A stretch of DNA of 61,916 nucleotides, counting the filler, from Sphacelaria rigidula (lineage: Eukaryota), in the NCBI GenBank assembly GCA_964200075.2. It is 7 parts of 7 records of this genome, joined end to end, with 100 filler letters (N's around TTAATTAATTAA, not from the genome) between each part and the next. Parts side by side here need not be neighbours in the genome. Positions count along the whole stretch, not along the records: positions 1 to 8,761 come from CAXNAA020010168.1; positions 8,862 to 17,621 come from CAXNAA020010169.1; 5 more parts are not named here. One strand, 5' to 3'. This document shows, in pieces, positions 1-12,736 of the stretch; the first letter of the stretch is position 1; every line of letters starts with the position of its first letter. Below the pieces are notes generated by a model. That model was given only the letters and a program-made list of their open reading frames with translations. It was not told the origin of the DNA and ran no database searches. Both the position numbers and the translations under genes were made by a program.

Positions 1-3000
1 AGCTTTGTAGGGATGCGAAGTCAACGGTCTTACGACTATGGTATGCATGATCATGAGTACCCCCGAAAATTTGAAGAAAACAGCCCCATCGCGACCTACA
101 ACTGTGTCCTTCAAAATCTGCGAGTGCAGTGGCAGTGAAGAAACCACCCTGACATTGCACGGCAAGTTACAACGTGCTCGCACTTCAGTGGAGTCCAACG
201 TACCAACATCGGCTGTGTTGGTACAGCGCACACCATCGCCACACAGTGCAACCGACACGGGAGCTCCGAACGAAAACGTGTTTTGCGGTGTGCCTCAGTT
301 TACAGTACCAACACAAATGGATTCTCTGTACAATGCATGATGGCTCAAGATCGCTGCGTCAAACAACCATGATCCCATCGATAATACGCTTGTTCATCAT
401 CGAGTCCACCTTCGATACAGAGGTATTTTTAGGCACTGCGGAGACCACCACGACCGAAAACATCATTGAGGCTCTGTTTTTTGGTGCGTATATTGTTCTC
501 GACTTGTCGATTACGCAGAGTTAGAAGGTGATCCTGCAGCGACAGGCTTCTAGATATCCTTCGGCTGACGACAGAATATAAGCGGCCTACCCTGACAACA
601 AGTAATTTACAATATTCTGTCACTGAGTCCCACTGAGGACAAAGCGAATGTCCTGGACTTCTGGCTTTTTGCGTCTGCAACTCCTGGATCATTTTAGCAG
701 GATCATCTGCCTGTGCTGACGAAAGCAACTCGACAAATCAGGCAGGAGAACTTCGAGTTCAAACTTCGAGAGTTTCTGTGAAACACGAACGTTGTTTATC
801 GTGGCGCCACCACCAAGAGACAAAATATCGTCAATGAACACGGCAGCAGTTTTCCGCGCTATAAGAAGCACCAACTACCCGATACGGAACATGCGGGATA
901 ACATGTATCAGAGTTCATCTGTGTGTTCGTTGAAGGCAACGGATCGACGTCGCTTCCTCCCATTTAACGTTCATCTCGAGCTTCGACACCTACACCGAGC
1001 AGGCCGTTTGTTTGACAGCTAACGCTCCACCTGGACAATCGCCCGAGATTGTCCGATTGACGGCTCGATGGATTGTCTATATCAGCCAATCCTCCACGAG
1101 TCAGGCTGTGGTCACGACACAAGTGTAACCCAAGGTAGATGAACGGTTCGCTCAAGAAAACTCGAGAAAGGAGAATTTTTCAAAAAAAGGGGCCAGACAT
1201 TGTAAACTGGGAGAAAAGGAAGAGGAAAATAGAAAAACCAAGGAAACGCCAGGCAAAGTTTGCTGACACGATATTTCAACCCGTTCATGGCCTCTCAGCA
1301 CGCCGCCACTGCGCCCCGGCCTTCTTACCGATACAACCGAAATTTGCTCGGGCGAGGTGCTGAGGACTTGAACCCTGGTGGGTGCGGGCATTCTTTCTGA
1401 GAAGTATCTGGATTCCATCTTTGAAAACGAGAGTAAACGCGGTGCGGGAGTGCTGATCCAACCGCGACATCGAAATGTGCGTTCAATTTCTATAGCGAGA
1501 GAGTCAGTCTTGTTTTGTCTCGTACACGCCTATCCTGTAGATAATGACCACAGCTGGATTCGTCGGGGATCACTCTATGTGCGACAACCAATCGATGCAT
1601 CAATCAACCAATCGAGGTGTGTACCGGGCGATAGATGGGGTTAATGCCCCAAGACCGCGGACTCGTCCCGAGGAAGACGAGGGGTTGAAAGTATGACGTC
1701 AAGACAAGTACAGCTCAGTGCAGTCACCCAGACACCGACACAGGCAAAAAGCAGCAGCAGCAGGAAGTCCGCTGTGTGACACGATAGATGGTGTGCATCG
1801 AGGTAAAAGCAAAGCCTGCGCACCACCGATTTTGAGACGTTTTGGCAGGCAACGCTGAGAGAATATTGGAGTCATCGGCGACTTGCCTTGAGGGTCGCCG
1901 ATTGTTTTGGGGAGTGTGCGGGGGCTGATTCGGCGCCAAAGGGGCGGTCCGACACCTCACCCTAAGAAAGTTTGAGCACCGACAGGCAACGGGTCTAATG
2001 TGAAAGAGATACGAATATCACCAGCGAAAACATGAAAAAGTCTCCGAAGTTTCCTGCTGGAAGCGAGTCTAGACACAGTACTATCAATCGCTTACGCTGT
2101 TGCCAATGTTCTCTTTTTTTCATAATCAGCATATCCTTCGACCTTTCCCTGTGTCACGATACTCGATATCGGAAGCTTTTGATGCGTCAAATAGTAAGGC
2201 ATAATGACGCAAATATGGTATTACCCTCATTTGTTTTGCCCTTCAGGCTCGTGAGCACCGAAAGGTCCCTACTTTGATAACGCCAATCCGACCGGAGGCC
2301 TCTTTCCCCCCCAAGTATAGGTCTCTCCATAAAGTTCTCGAAGTTTCGTCGAACCTAAAGCGGCGGCTAGCCCGGTGCTCGCACACTGTGCACGATGTCA
2401 TTCCTACATGCAGCCTTTCATCGACTTTGAGCAGATCAACTATATCAGACCGCAGTTGCAACAACAAAGCAACCTACCGTCCGCCCTCATATGAACGTGT
2501 AAGTCGTGCTGCGTTGTGCGTTGATTCGCAGTGCGAACGCAGGCACCCGAGAATCTGGACGAACCGGTCGGTGGAAGGTCTTGTAAAAACCTCCAGTGTA
2601 CTCGGCACACCGCACTACATGGTCACTACAATGGCACCATGCCGTTTGCGATCTGTGTACTCGTACTGTATTGCAAACTCAACTCAGAACAGCAGACTGC
2701 ACGCCTGAAGCTAATGCGGTCTATCCACAGTACACCTACGTAGCTCGCCAGCTCTGTCGCTCAGGGCGAGATCAGTTTCGTTCCGCGCGCTTGCGATGTC
2801 TGCAATGTAGTAGAACAATGAGGAATAGTTGATCACTGGGTGACGGTTTCGTTTTTTACGCGTTTCGCTTTTTGTTTTTTCCGCTTCAGAGCCGTCGCAG
2901 TATCGCTCAAGATCCAAAACTTCGCCTACGAAAGACACGAGAACAAGCTCGCAGATAGGTTGTCATCCGCCGAGCTAAACAACTATCAACTTTATCTGGA

Positions 3001-3980
3001 TCATACATTAACTGCCCCTCAAGAGTCAACGGAGCTCTCACCTTCACGGCATATTCGGACCTGAGCGAAGTGACGCACCCCAGAAAAGGGCACACCCGCC
3101 ACGAAAACCCGGATTTTGCCGCACGTCGCCCTCTTGCAGCACATTCTGCCCTGTGTCGATCTCGATACAGTGCCATCCAGTCTAGAGTGGGAGTCGTCTC
3201 GCTGGAATCCTGAGGAATGAAGAGAATATCGCAAGGTATTGAGCGAACAATGGAAACAACGAGGCATATCTCCAAGCAAAAGGCCAACACAGTGATGATG
3301 GGAATATTGATAATCTACATAAGATCGAGAACAACGCTTGCAACATAATCCAATGCAGAAGTGTACAGTGCCCAAACTAGAAACATTATATGGGCTAGTT
3401 GAGCACATACTTCGACTTCACGGTCGACGAGGAGAAGGGACTGCTGGTCTCCTCTCGCGATAAAAAAATAAGACAAGCACCGCAGAAGGAAGGTGGAATA
3501 CTATTGACAAACTAAAAATATAACTTCCTGTGCTGGCCTTCCTCCTGTGTGACCCCCGCTGATGCGCCCACATACACCGAAAGGTGTAGACTGGCGTCCA
3601 GAATAGACGGGATGACACCACACACAGTGAGCCATTGCGGTATTATCTGTTCATCCTTTCAATCCTTCTCCTCCCTCGGGACGAGTACCTCATCTCCCCG
3701 CCGGCACATGCCTGGCTCCTTGGTACCGCGGGTTGGATCATCATTCCCGCTCAGCGTTGGCTCTTGTCAATTTTTCTCTGCTACTCAAATTGCCACGTTT
3801 TCATCGACGAAAATCAAATACTCGTCCAGAATATATCCTACCTGCCGAGATTCAAATCCTTAAACTCCGCCCGAACAACATGTAGGACGTACCACTTAGA
3901 CTAAAGAGGCGCGGCATCATTGCGGCAACATGTGCGGGAGGCAGCAATCATGCAGTTCACGCATCTCTTCGTTGTCTCAC

Positions 3981-5582
3981 CTCAAGACTCCCCCAGTGAT
4001 ACACGTGAGATCCCTGCACCAACGCGGCTCGCTTTCGCTTGTGCCTGGAGCTGCCTTCTGTCCGTAACTCCAGCAGCGCCGCCGACACCGTGGTCTGTTC
4101 CTCCTCCCCCTCCAACATGGTCATCGGCCAACGAGCTTCGCAAAACGGTCTCCATACACGAGCAGTCCGCAACAGGTCCCGCCACGTGCGCTCTACACAC
4201 GCTAGCCGGCATATCCTCTTGGGGGTCAAGAACGAGAACACGCGCAAGGCAACCTCTTCCGGGACGTGCTCCCAGCCATTTTCCATAGAACCGGGGTGAC
4301 CCACGTCTGCATGACCTTCATCCGACTCTACCAAGTCGCAGCTCAGATCTTCTGTATCGCACCAGCTTTCGCCTGCGATACGTCGTTTCATTTTCGATGA
4401 CAGTCTTGGCGGAGGCAGACTCTGCTCCACCCCCGCTTCCACCAGCTCCCACGACTTCTGGAATGCGACACGCCCTTGGGCAAACTCTACCCCGTCAGTA
4501 AATCGATCCTTGCAAGGCCCAGACACCACGCCGTCTTGTTCGGACAAAAGCGTTACATCATCGGCCTTCCCTAGGTGTTGCTGTGACGGCCGAGAGGGGC
4601 AAGGTCCCAACAACGCATCTAAACGTGCGAGTTGTAGATGGCCAGCATCTTGCAGGACATCCACAGCGGCTGCCGCCAGGGTTCGTGGCAGGGCGGACAG
4701 GGGACGAACGTCGCTATCTAAAATGATCTCCAGCAGATTGCCCGCACTCCCGATAACGACACCCTCACAAGGGGCTTCTTTCTGTCGGTTTGATCGCGTC
4801 AGAAGCAGGGCAACTGAGTGGCAAAGCGAGGACAACGCGATCATTGCGTCCGCATGTAACCGCGTGTGGTTCGCTCGGGCGGAGGCCCCCGATCCTCCTC
4901 CTACCCTTGTAGTTTCCAGCAGTCTAAATATTGCGAGAGCTTGTCGCGTAAGCCATAGTAGATGAGTACTAGCTGTAGTGTCACTCACGTGACGGCAGAG
5001 GTACAGATGCCCTATGTATGCCTGCAGAACGGGGAACTCATGCTCTACCCCTGCGTTCGCAGCAACGGCTGCTCGACTGCTCACGGATCCTACGGCTCGG
5101 CAGCAGGTTAAGCGGGCGAGAAAGTGTCGCAGCTCATCACTACATCTGCGTTGAAGAAATGCAGCCACTTGCACGCCACCGTCTCCTGCTAGCCCGCCGA
5201 CAAACGCCAGGAGCAACCGACACGGTAGCGGGAAACATGGTGGGGACGCGCTCAGGCTCGCATTCGCCGCGGCATGCAGCGCTTGCTGTACTCCATCGCA
5301 CACGGTGCGATGCACCGACAATTGTAGTGAACGAGAACATCGTCGGAAATGTGCGTCCACTATCCAGCGCATCAACGCTTCCAGCACTACATCCCTCCTC
5401 TCTTGTAACTCACAACGTTGAGCCTTTTCGAGATCGCTCCCGTGCGCACTGTCGATGGGGGCGCCGGCTGCTACACAACATACGCACGGCGACCCTCGCA
5501 GACGGCCTTCTCCATTGTCCCGCGTTGTGGCAAGCATCGGGTCAAGATCACATCCTGCGAGGTCACCATCGGGACAAGACAC
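3981..5582 (-). CDS. Large exon of an F-box-containing protein (partial gene; other exons not resolved)
   Basis: 541-aa ORF containing WEHVPEEVALRVFSFLTPKRICRLACVERTWRDLLRTARVWRPFCEARWP, which fits the F-box consensus (LPxEvlxxIfsyLxxxdlxxlsxVcrxWr). Candidate donor GAG|gtgaga at 3981/3980. The 5' boundary is uncertain. Confidence 0.75.
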
Positions 5583-8500
5583 TCAATTGCAACTATGGTT
5601 CGATGGAGAGCGGACATCACCCCTGTGCCACACGGTATATCCCAAGCTTGTATTCTGGTCCAAAACGAGTTGGCCACGTGCTACTGACATGAAAATCACC
5701 GGAGTGTGCATGAGGGTAAGCTTACATGTAAAGTCGGAAAGCGCAACCATGATGAAGAAAGCCTCGTCGTGGAAACCCTAGGCAAACCTAGGCGATACTG
5801 CGGCACCGCTCTTGCATGAAATCTCATGTGAAGCAGAGCGCTACGCACGATGCACCTACATACGCAGCAAGCAAAAAACTTCGAGCCCCGCTACTTACAG
5901 TAGTGGGCGCCTGAACTATTCGTTTTGTAACTTCTTCGTTATTTGCGATTTTCTGAGGCTCTTTCGCTTGCCATCCCTCATCACATTGGGGATCTGAAGA
6001 TACTTGTATCCCTTCCATCTTCCAAGAAAAAAAATCATCTGTACTTGATATTGAGTGACTTACGGGCTGACCGGTCATCGGGTGTCCTGACACGTTTCAG
6101 CGCAGATTCTGACCCTTCGGTGTTTTCGGTCGATCGAGTCTATTCTCGTCGTATTGGTGAAATGGACCGTTTTTTCTTCCAACTCCATCTACTCATTGCA
6201 CTAGAGCCGAAAAACTGTGTTTCACGCTCAATAACACCCTCCTGATAAACGGGGTATCTACTCGTATCGCCCGATAAAACCAACGAACACTAACTCAGGC
6301 ACTAGGAGGGAAAGTAATCTGTTCATTTTACCAAACTTTATCGACTCTACTACTTTCGAGTTCTATCGAAAAGTAATCGCCAGAAAAAAACCCTCTGAAC
6401 AAAAAATAGTTCAGGCGCCAAGTACCACAGGCTCGAAACCGACAAAGAGTAAAGCATACCACTCACCATCATCTCGACAGCTGGTCTCCGAAACGAAGCG
6501 CACTAGCAACGGGACTACCGATGGACTCAGAGCCCGCGGAAACTGCGCCACCAGCGACAAAACGCCCTGCACGAACATGGATAGTGCGCCAAACGACCAT
6601 GTTGCACCGGGCGACGGGCGACGTAAGCAGTCCTCCACTGAACGTTCCATTGCAGCAGCCGGCATTGCAGGACACGCCTCGAGGACTTGCTGCAACGCCG
6701 CTGTGAGAGCGGCGAATTGCCCCTTGGCCTATGGTCGGCATCCGACGCGAAGCAAACGGCCAACAACACATGGGGAAACGAGGGCACCAGCAGCCGGGAA
6801 AGCAAAACAATATTTTCCCATGAGCGACCTGTGGTGCCTTCAACGACGATCTGAGCGGCAGAACGCTAGTGTTTTCACGGGCAAGGCGTGAGTCGTGGCG
6901 GCCAGTCGGGTGCAAATGCGTCATTCCGGGGAGTATTCTCGCATGAAACACCCTCCGCATCCTCTCCAAATTGTCTCCCGTTACCATTGCACTCCTCGAT
7001 GCACCAAAGTGACGAAACAGAGCAACATCTAAAATGTTCTATCGTTTTTTCGGTTCGGCGGAGTTCACTCATCTCGTGTATTTCGGGAACTCTCCACGTA
7101 CAGATGGGCTCACCTCTTTCCCAGGCCGGAGAGCGGCCAGGCGATGGAGCAACACGTGCAAAATTGCTGGAGAGCAAACCGGAAGCTCCGACTGAAGCTG
7201 CACGCACACGCGAGGGATGGCAGGCATGAGCGGGTCATGATCTCCTACGGTGGATCCGTGAACAAAACACACGAAACAGCGCAAAGCACCATACTCGACT
7301 CGGTATGTATCCTAATCTAATTGCTGCCCATGCTTCTTCAATTTTCATGGGAAATTCATCATGACGGCTAAAGATGTCCGGTCCCCCGTTCTACGGTCGC
7401 CCTGAAGATCTCAGGTCGATCTATCGCCATGAACCATTGTACCCACCTCAATCAAAAGCTCAATCACCTCCGCCATCAAGCCGCACCCGAACGCCTCGCG
7501 AGAGGACCTATGTTAAGGACGCAAGCGGTTCCGAACATTGGAAAAGGGTCGCTCAGTGTTGGTCCCCATGATGGTGGTATTATCATTCCGCAAAGAGCTT
7601 CGTTTCATCATCGGGTGCGTTAAAATAGTCTGTGTATGCACTGCATGCCATATTTGTTGCCGCTGCTGGGAAACTCCTGGATCGCATATTGTCGGTCAAA
7701 GATCTGCGTTGACTGACAGCAGTGACCCTTATCATCCTCACTACATCCTCTGTGTATAGGACCTAGCTCGTAGTTAGACCATGTTGGCCTCCAGCGCGGC
7801 AGCGGTAAACAGGCGCAAGAAGCGCGGGGAACGCTCTGGATTTTTCCTTGTGCTCACCAGTCGCAGCAGCTGTGCGTTAGCACCGAGCAGAAGGAATCAA
7901 ACTGGAAATGAAGCCACGTGCCTGCGTCTTCCTCCACCCCTCCTGCGGCCGATGACCTGCAGCTTGAGAGTAGACCCTGCGAGCCAGGAAGAAGGGAATA
8001 AGGAGCATGTGCTGAATAAGTCGGCTTGGATGCCGTACAAAACAGAAAGAAGACGACCCTGCGATGCAAAGTCATCTCTTGGGTATTCGGGGCTTGAGCC
8101 TGGACGCTGGCTTGTAATAACTTGCAGGTTCTGCGCCTGGCTTGGTTTTCTTCTGCTGGGCGTACACTTTTTTTGTGAACAAGAACAGCAGAAGAAAATG
8201 TCATCGTCAGGATCTCAGCGCACGAAGAAGTGGACAACACACGCACACATCTCAGTACCACCGGTGCTGTACCTAGCACAGCCAAAGGAGAGAACACAGA
8301 GATATTGGTTGACTGACCGGAATAAGTAGTAAGTACGGAAGAAATGAGCGCATATCTTCCAAAAAACGTTGCAAGGAAATAACTGAGGACCCCGAAGCCT
8401 CGTTTGTTGCGCTGCTATCTTTCTCGTCATGGAATCTTAGCATCAGCTTCACATAACGTGAGTGTGTGTGTTGTCGTCCCATCTATTCTGGACGCCGGTC

Positions 8501-8761
8501 TACACCTTTCGGTATGTGTGGGCGCACTAGCCGGGGTCACACAGGAGGAAGGTCAAAACAGGAGCTTTTTTATTTTTTGTTTTTAGTACTCTACCTTCCT
8601 TCTGCGGTGCTTGCCTTTTTATTTTTTATCGCGAGAGGGGTACAGCAGTCCGTTTCCCTCGTCGACCGTCAGGTCCAATTATGTGTACCCACGACATAGT
8701 CGCTCTCCACTGTTGGGCATGGTGTGAGGAGAAATCCCAGATCGCTCCGAGATTTGAACCC

Positions 8762-8861
8762 NNNNNNNNNNNNNNNNNNNNNNNNNNNNNNNNNNNNNNN
8801 NNNNNTTAATTAATTAANNNNNNNNNNNNNNNNNNNNNNNNNNNNNNNNNNNNNNNNNNNN
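8762..8861. other. Artificial contig spacer (N44-TTAATTAATTAA-N44); identical spacers at 17622-17721, 26482-26581, 35342-35441, 44201-44300, 53059-53158
   Basis: Each spacer is exactly 100 bp with a six-frame stop linker. The intervening segments are 8761, 8760, 8760, 8760, 8759, 8758 and 8758 bp, as expected for size-sorted concatenated contigs. Confidence 0.97.
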
Positions 8862-9903
8862 CGACCTGGGATGCGAGGTAAATGGTCTGATGACTATGGC
8901 AAGCATGATCATGAGTACCCCCCCCCCCCCCCGATGTTGTCGTCCTTCGTTGGTGACTCTTGTACGGCCACGTCGTTCTTCACGCGCCCCGCGCGCGCGT
9001 TGGTCATTTTATTTTCTGTGTTCCACGTGCTGTCTCCCTCAACCACCTCACTACCTGTGCTATTTTGTTCACTTTCATGTTTTATTCCCATCTACATTCC
9101 GTACATATTGGAGCAATCATCATCTTCACTTGGAATATGAAATAAAGAGAGTGGTCTCGAAAATAATATCAAACATGGAAGTGAGGTTCAACTCCAAAAC
9201 AATTATTTCCCTGACCTAAAATCATGACAAATGACCTTCATATGGACGACTTCATGCTCCCCGCCTGACCTCCCTGAAACTATTTTTCGGAATTTCCCGT
9301 CTTCCGTTCTCCCCGCCAAAAGGTACAGATCGTGTGTGTGAAATCACCTATTTGCGTCGATTTCGGGGTGAAAAATGGGATATTCTTTAGCCCGATAATA
9401 AACAATGCTTTCGTGAGATTGAAAGTGGAGGATACGATTGAAAGTGAGAAACGGTCAATCAGTGAATAATTTTTTCTGTTCCGAAATGCCCCTCCACGAG
9501 GCCCGATATGCTTTCTATAGTAGCTTGCCACCGAGGCCCTTTATATCGCTGAGGAGGATATCGACGTGTAGCTGTAAGCACACGTCAGTGATGGGCACAA
9601 ATAAAAGCACACACGGAATGAAAAATTGGCTAGGTGGAAGCGAGTGATCAAAGTCACTCTCAATCAGCGCTCTACTCTAAATCTCACGAAAACGTTCTAG
9701 GCGGTGCTTTCGTGTACTCATATGAATGACCTGTCGTTGCGCAACTCATACGACCCATCTCCGGCGCCCATGTTCTTGGCTGTCGATCTGCTCAGCGTGG
9801 CGACGAAAGGCGCGGAAACCTTTGTATAAATATGTATATAATGCTGCTCATTTAAGAGTGCAGAGCCGAATCTCTTCTCGTGGCGATGGTCAAAGAGTCT
9901 ACT

Positions 9904-10142
9904 TTAACCCTTTGACCGCGAGCATAGGCCATCTGTGGAATCAGCAACACTTCAATTTTGAAAAAATAATGCATTACTGGATGAACTAGCCTCGCGTTGA
10001 CCCTGCCAGGGAAGGGTCATCTGGATCTTACAAGCGTTGTCATCCCTTTCACGGCTTGGGTTAATTATCTGTTGAATCGGCATCACCGTCGCTTGAAAAA
10101 ATAATCGTTTGCCCAGATGGCCTATGGCGGCCGAGGGGTTGA
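9904..10142. mobile_element. Degenerate piggyBac-type MITE
   Basis: Left end TTAA-CCCTTTGACCGCGAGCATAGGCCATCTG; right end revcomp TCAA-CCCCTCGGCCGCCATAGGCCATCTG. CCC termini and TTAA-like flanks. Confidence 0.55.
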
Positions 10143-10561
10143 AGTGAAAATAGTACCGTCTAACATATTGCATATTGACCCTAGAGTTGATCAAAGCGGA
10201 TGTCAGTGAATCTCTTGACCGCGAAGCAGCCCAAGGATCTATCACCAATGTGCGTCATCCGAGTCTTTTGTCATTTCCTTAACTGATCATTCTGCCGGTT
10301 TTCAACCGACGGCCCACCCTGGCAGTCAAAAGGGTTCAAGCTTGACCATGAAAAACGCTCAATGCCGACCCTTCCAACATTTGTTTTGCCGCGAAAATTG
10401 CTTCTGCTGCTGCTGCTGCTGCTGCCGCTGCCGCTGGCCTAACATTGCAAGTTTTTACTGTGCGGAGCACATTCAGATCCCTGAAGTCTCTCGATGAAAA
10501 TGGTCGCAATTAATTTATCGTTACGCCACGACGGATTATCCCTGAGAGTACCCTTTTTTCG

Positions 10562-10597
<36 letters not shown>

Positions 10598-10804
10598 ACC
10601 GGCGGCTGCCCCCCGNNNNNNNNNNACGCTGTATAACACGCCAATCACTGCGTAAGCTAGGCAACCAGGTTACCGTTTTTTTTGCGCACTTGCGTTTTGT
10701 GCGGTAATCATGATGGTAGTCGAGTTAGATCATGTTGTGGGGCGTGGGAGAACCTCAACTCCGCACAATGGGTATGATCTTACTACGTAGTGTTTACATC
10801 GTGG

Positions 10805-11064
10805 GACACCTATGAGACAGTGTATAAGCCATGGCTATCGCTGGAAGAGGCGATACCAGACAAAAAAAGCAGCTCATTGTAAGCTGTCATCCTAATGCAA
10901 CATAATCAATAGGCTTTGGGCCGAACAATCTTAGCAGGATGCAGCTCACCCTTCATGCGACTCGCCGAGCACACCACGNNNNNNNNNNTTGTAGGGATGC
11001 GAGGTCAACGGTCTTATGGCTATGGCATGCATGATCATGAGTACCCCCCCCCCCCCCCCCCCCC
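10805..11064 (+). mobile_element. Non-coding retroposon family sharing the LINE 3' tail; copies at 7-65, 8862-8932, 27688-27981
   Basis: 10805-10978 aligns with 27685-27857. All copies end with a GGGATGCGAGGTCAAYGGTC..CTATGGCATGCATGATCATGAGTAC-like tail, three of four followed by a C-run. Confidence 0.8.
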
Positions 11065-11092
11065 GTTCCCTTTGAAATTTTGAATGAAACAG

Positions 11093-11246
11093 GTTGCACG
11101 GACTGGATGGATTTCCCAACGTCCGGACGCTGGTGCTCGACAGCAACGGTCTCCTGTCTCTCCCGGACTGCCCGTGGGTTCCCAGCCTGGAGGAGCTTTG
11201 GTTGTGCCACAACGAGATCGACAACTTGGACGGGCTTTTGTGCCAA
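11093..11246 (+). CDS. Exon of LRR protein, LRMDA/C10orf11-like (SDS22/U2A'-type LRRs)
   Basis: cag|G acceptor and CAA|gtgagc donor. Encodes LHGLDGFPNVRTLVLDSNGLLSLPDCPWVPSLEELWLCHNEIDNLDGLLCQ, with two LxxLxLxxN repeats. Joins in phase 0 to the exon at 14916. Confidence 0.85.
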
Positions 11247-12736
11247 GTGAGCGAGATCATTTTCGTCCTTCAACCTGCATGTTCTTCTCTTTCGTGTTCT
11301 TTTTCGTTTTCTCATGTTCTTTTCCCCTTTTCCCTTTTTCCCCTATATTTTTCCCCTTCATTTTCCCTTCCCTTTTTCTCTTATTTTATATTTCTTCCCT
11401 TCTTTCTCTTTTCTCTGCTTTTTTTGTTGTTTTTGTCACACTTTCAAACCTTCTTTGGTTCCTCGGGATCAAGCACTAGTCTCAATAAATCAATCAACAC
11501 AATTTTTGATCGGTACAGTACAGTTATACCCCTGACGATTTCTCATTATCCAGTATTGGATCATGATCGGCAGCGCTCCTGCAACCCGTCGATATTGATT
11601 CCTCTCTTTTTCGTTTTTTTTCCTTCAGCCTACTCGAGTCTGCGTTTTGACGTTTGCGGATGATGACGGCGGGAACCTGGGACTGAAGAACAAAAAGTAT
11701 CTCAACCTTCGGATTTTTTTTCTTACCCACAAGATCCCACCCGAACCGGTAATGAAAGGGAACTACACTATTGCAATACTACATATAATGGCTCTATCGA
11801 CTTGTTGAAAGTTCCTGGTGTACAACACGGAAGCGGTAATCTCTGCTTGGGAAAGTTACACGAAACATTACACTTCTATGTATTTACCTGTACGTTGTAC
11901 GTTGTTCTCGTATTTTGCCAATCCTTTCCTGTTTAGAATCCCATGAGATGGGGTTTACGTATGTTTTTTGGGGTCACACGGGCGGTGATTACAGGAGGGA
12001 TATGTTTAGTGAGCGTCCCGCCATTATGCGCTAGGTCGCCAGCCCGCCATGACAACACTACGCTGGAAATCTGGCGGTTGACGGGTCTCGTGAAATTTCT
12101 CGATGATATTGAACTCGTAGCGAGTAGCGAATGGGACATGTTAGGAGTGGCTTGGACCCCACCCTGAAGGGAGCCCTGTTGTACCCTCCCATATTGTGCC
12201 GAGGTGTGTTGCGTATCACCGTTTTATCCTCCCGTGATTTTATTTTATTTCTCGGATTATGACTGTCCGGGATCCGAGTCCAAAACCTGATGACTCGGAG
12301 GTGGCATACCTTTAGACGGTGTTTTGCGGTACACGTTCGCGCAGGAGACTCGCTTCCTCTCCCACAAGTAAGTGTTGTCTTATTTTTCATCTAAACAGCT
12401 TAGCGTAGTTGGTGTCGCTATGCACACAGACAGGCAGGCATGCACACATTGTTGGCGTGTGTACACCTGTACCGTACAACAGAACAGAACTTCGTGTGTC
12501 AGTTTCGTTCCAAAAATTTTCCCCCCGCTAAAATCTCGCTCTAAGACCGACTCTCATGGGAGCCGTTCAAAATTTCTGTTTCAAACTGCCTTTTTGGCTC
12601 ATATTCCTCGTTTTATGCCTGAAAAGAAGGCTCAGGACACAGTCCCCGAGTTGTTGTTGTCGAGGTGATACGGAGTAAACACTCGTTTGTTAGGAGGATG
12701 TGATTGACCATCATTTGTCCAAAATACACAATTTTT

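Noticed and set aside
429-3860. Possible additional exons of the F-box gene (e.g. about 520-1020, 1820-1960, 2270-2460, 3045-3250)
   Set aside because: Coding-like patches exist, but I could not establish consistent frames and splice sites by eye.
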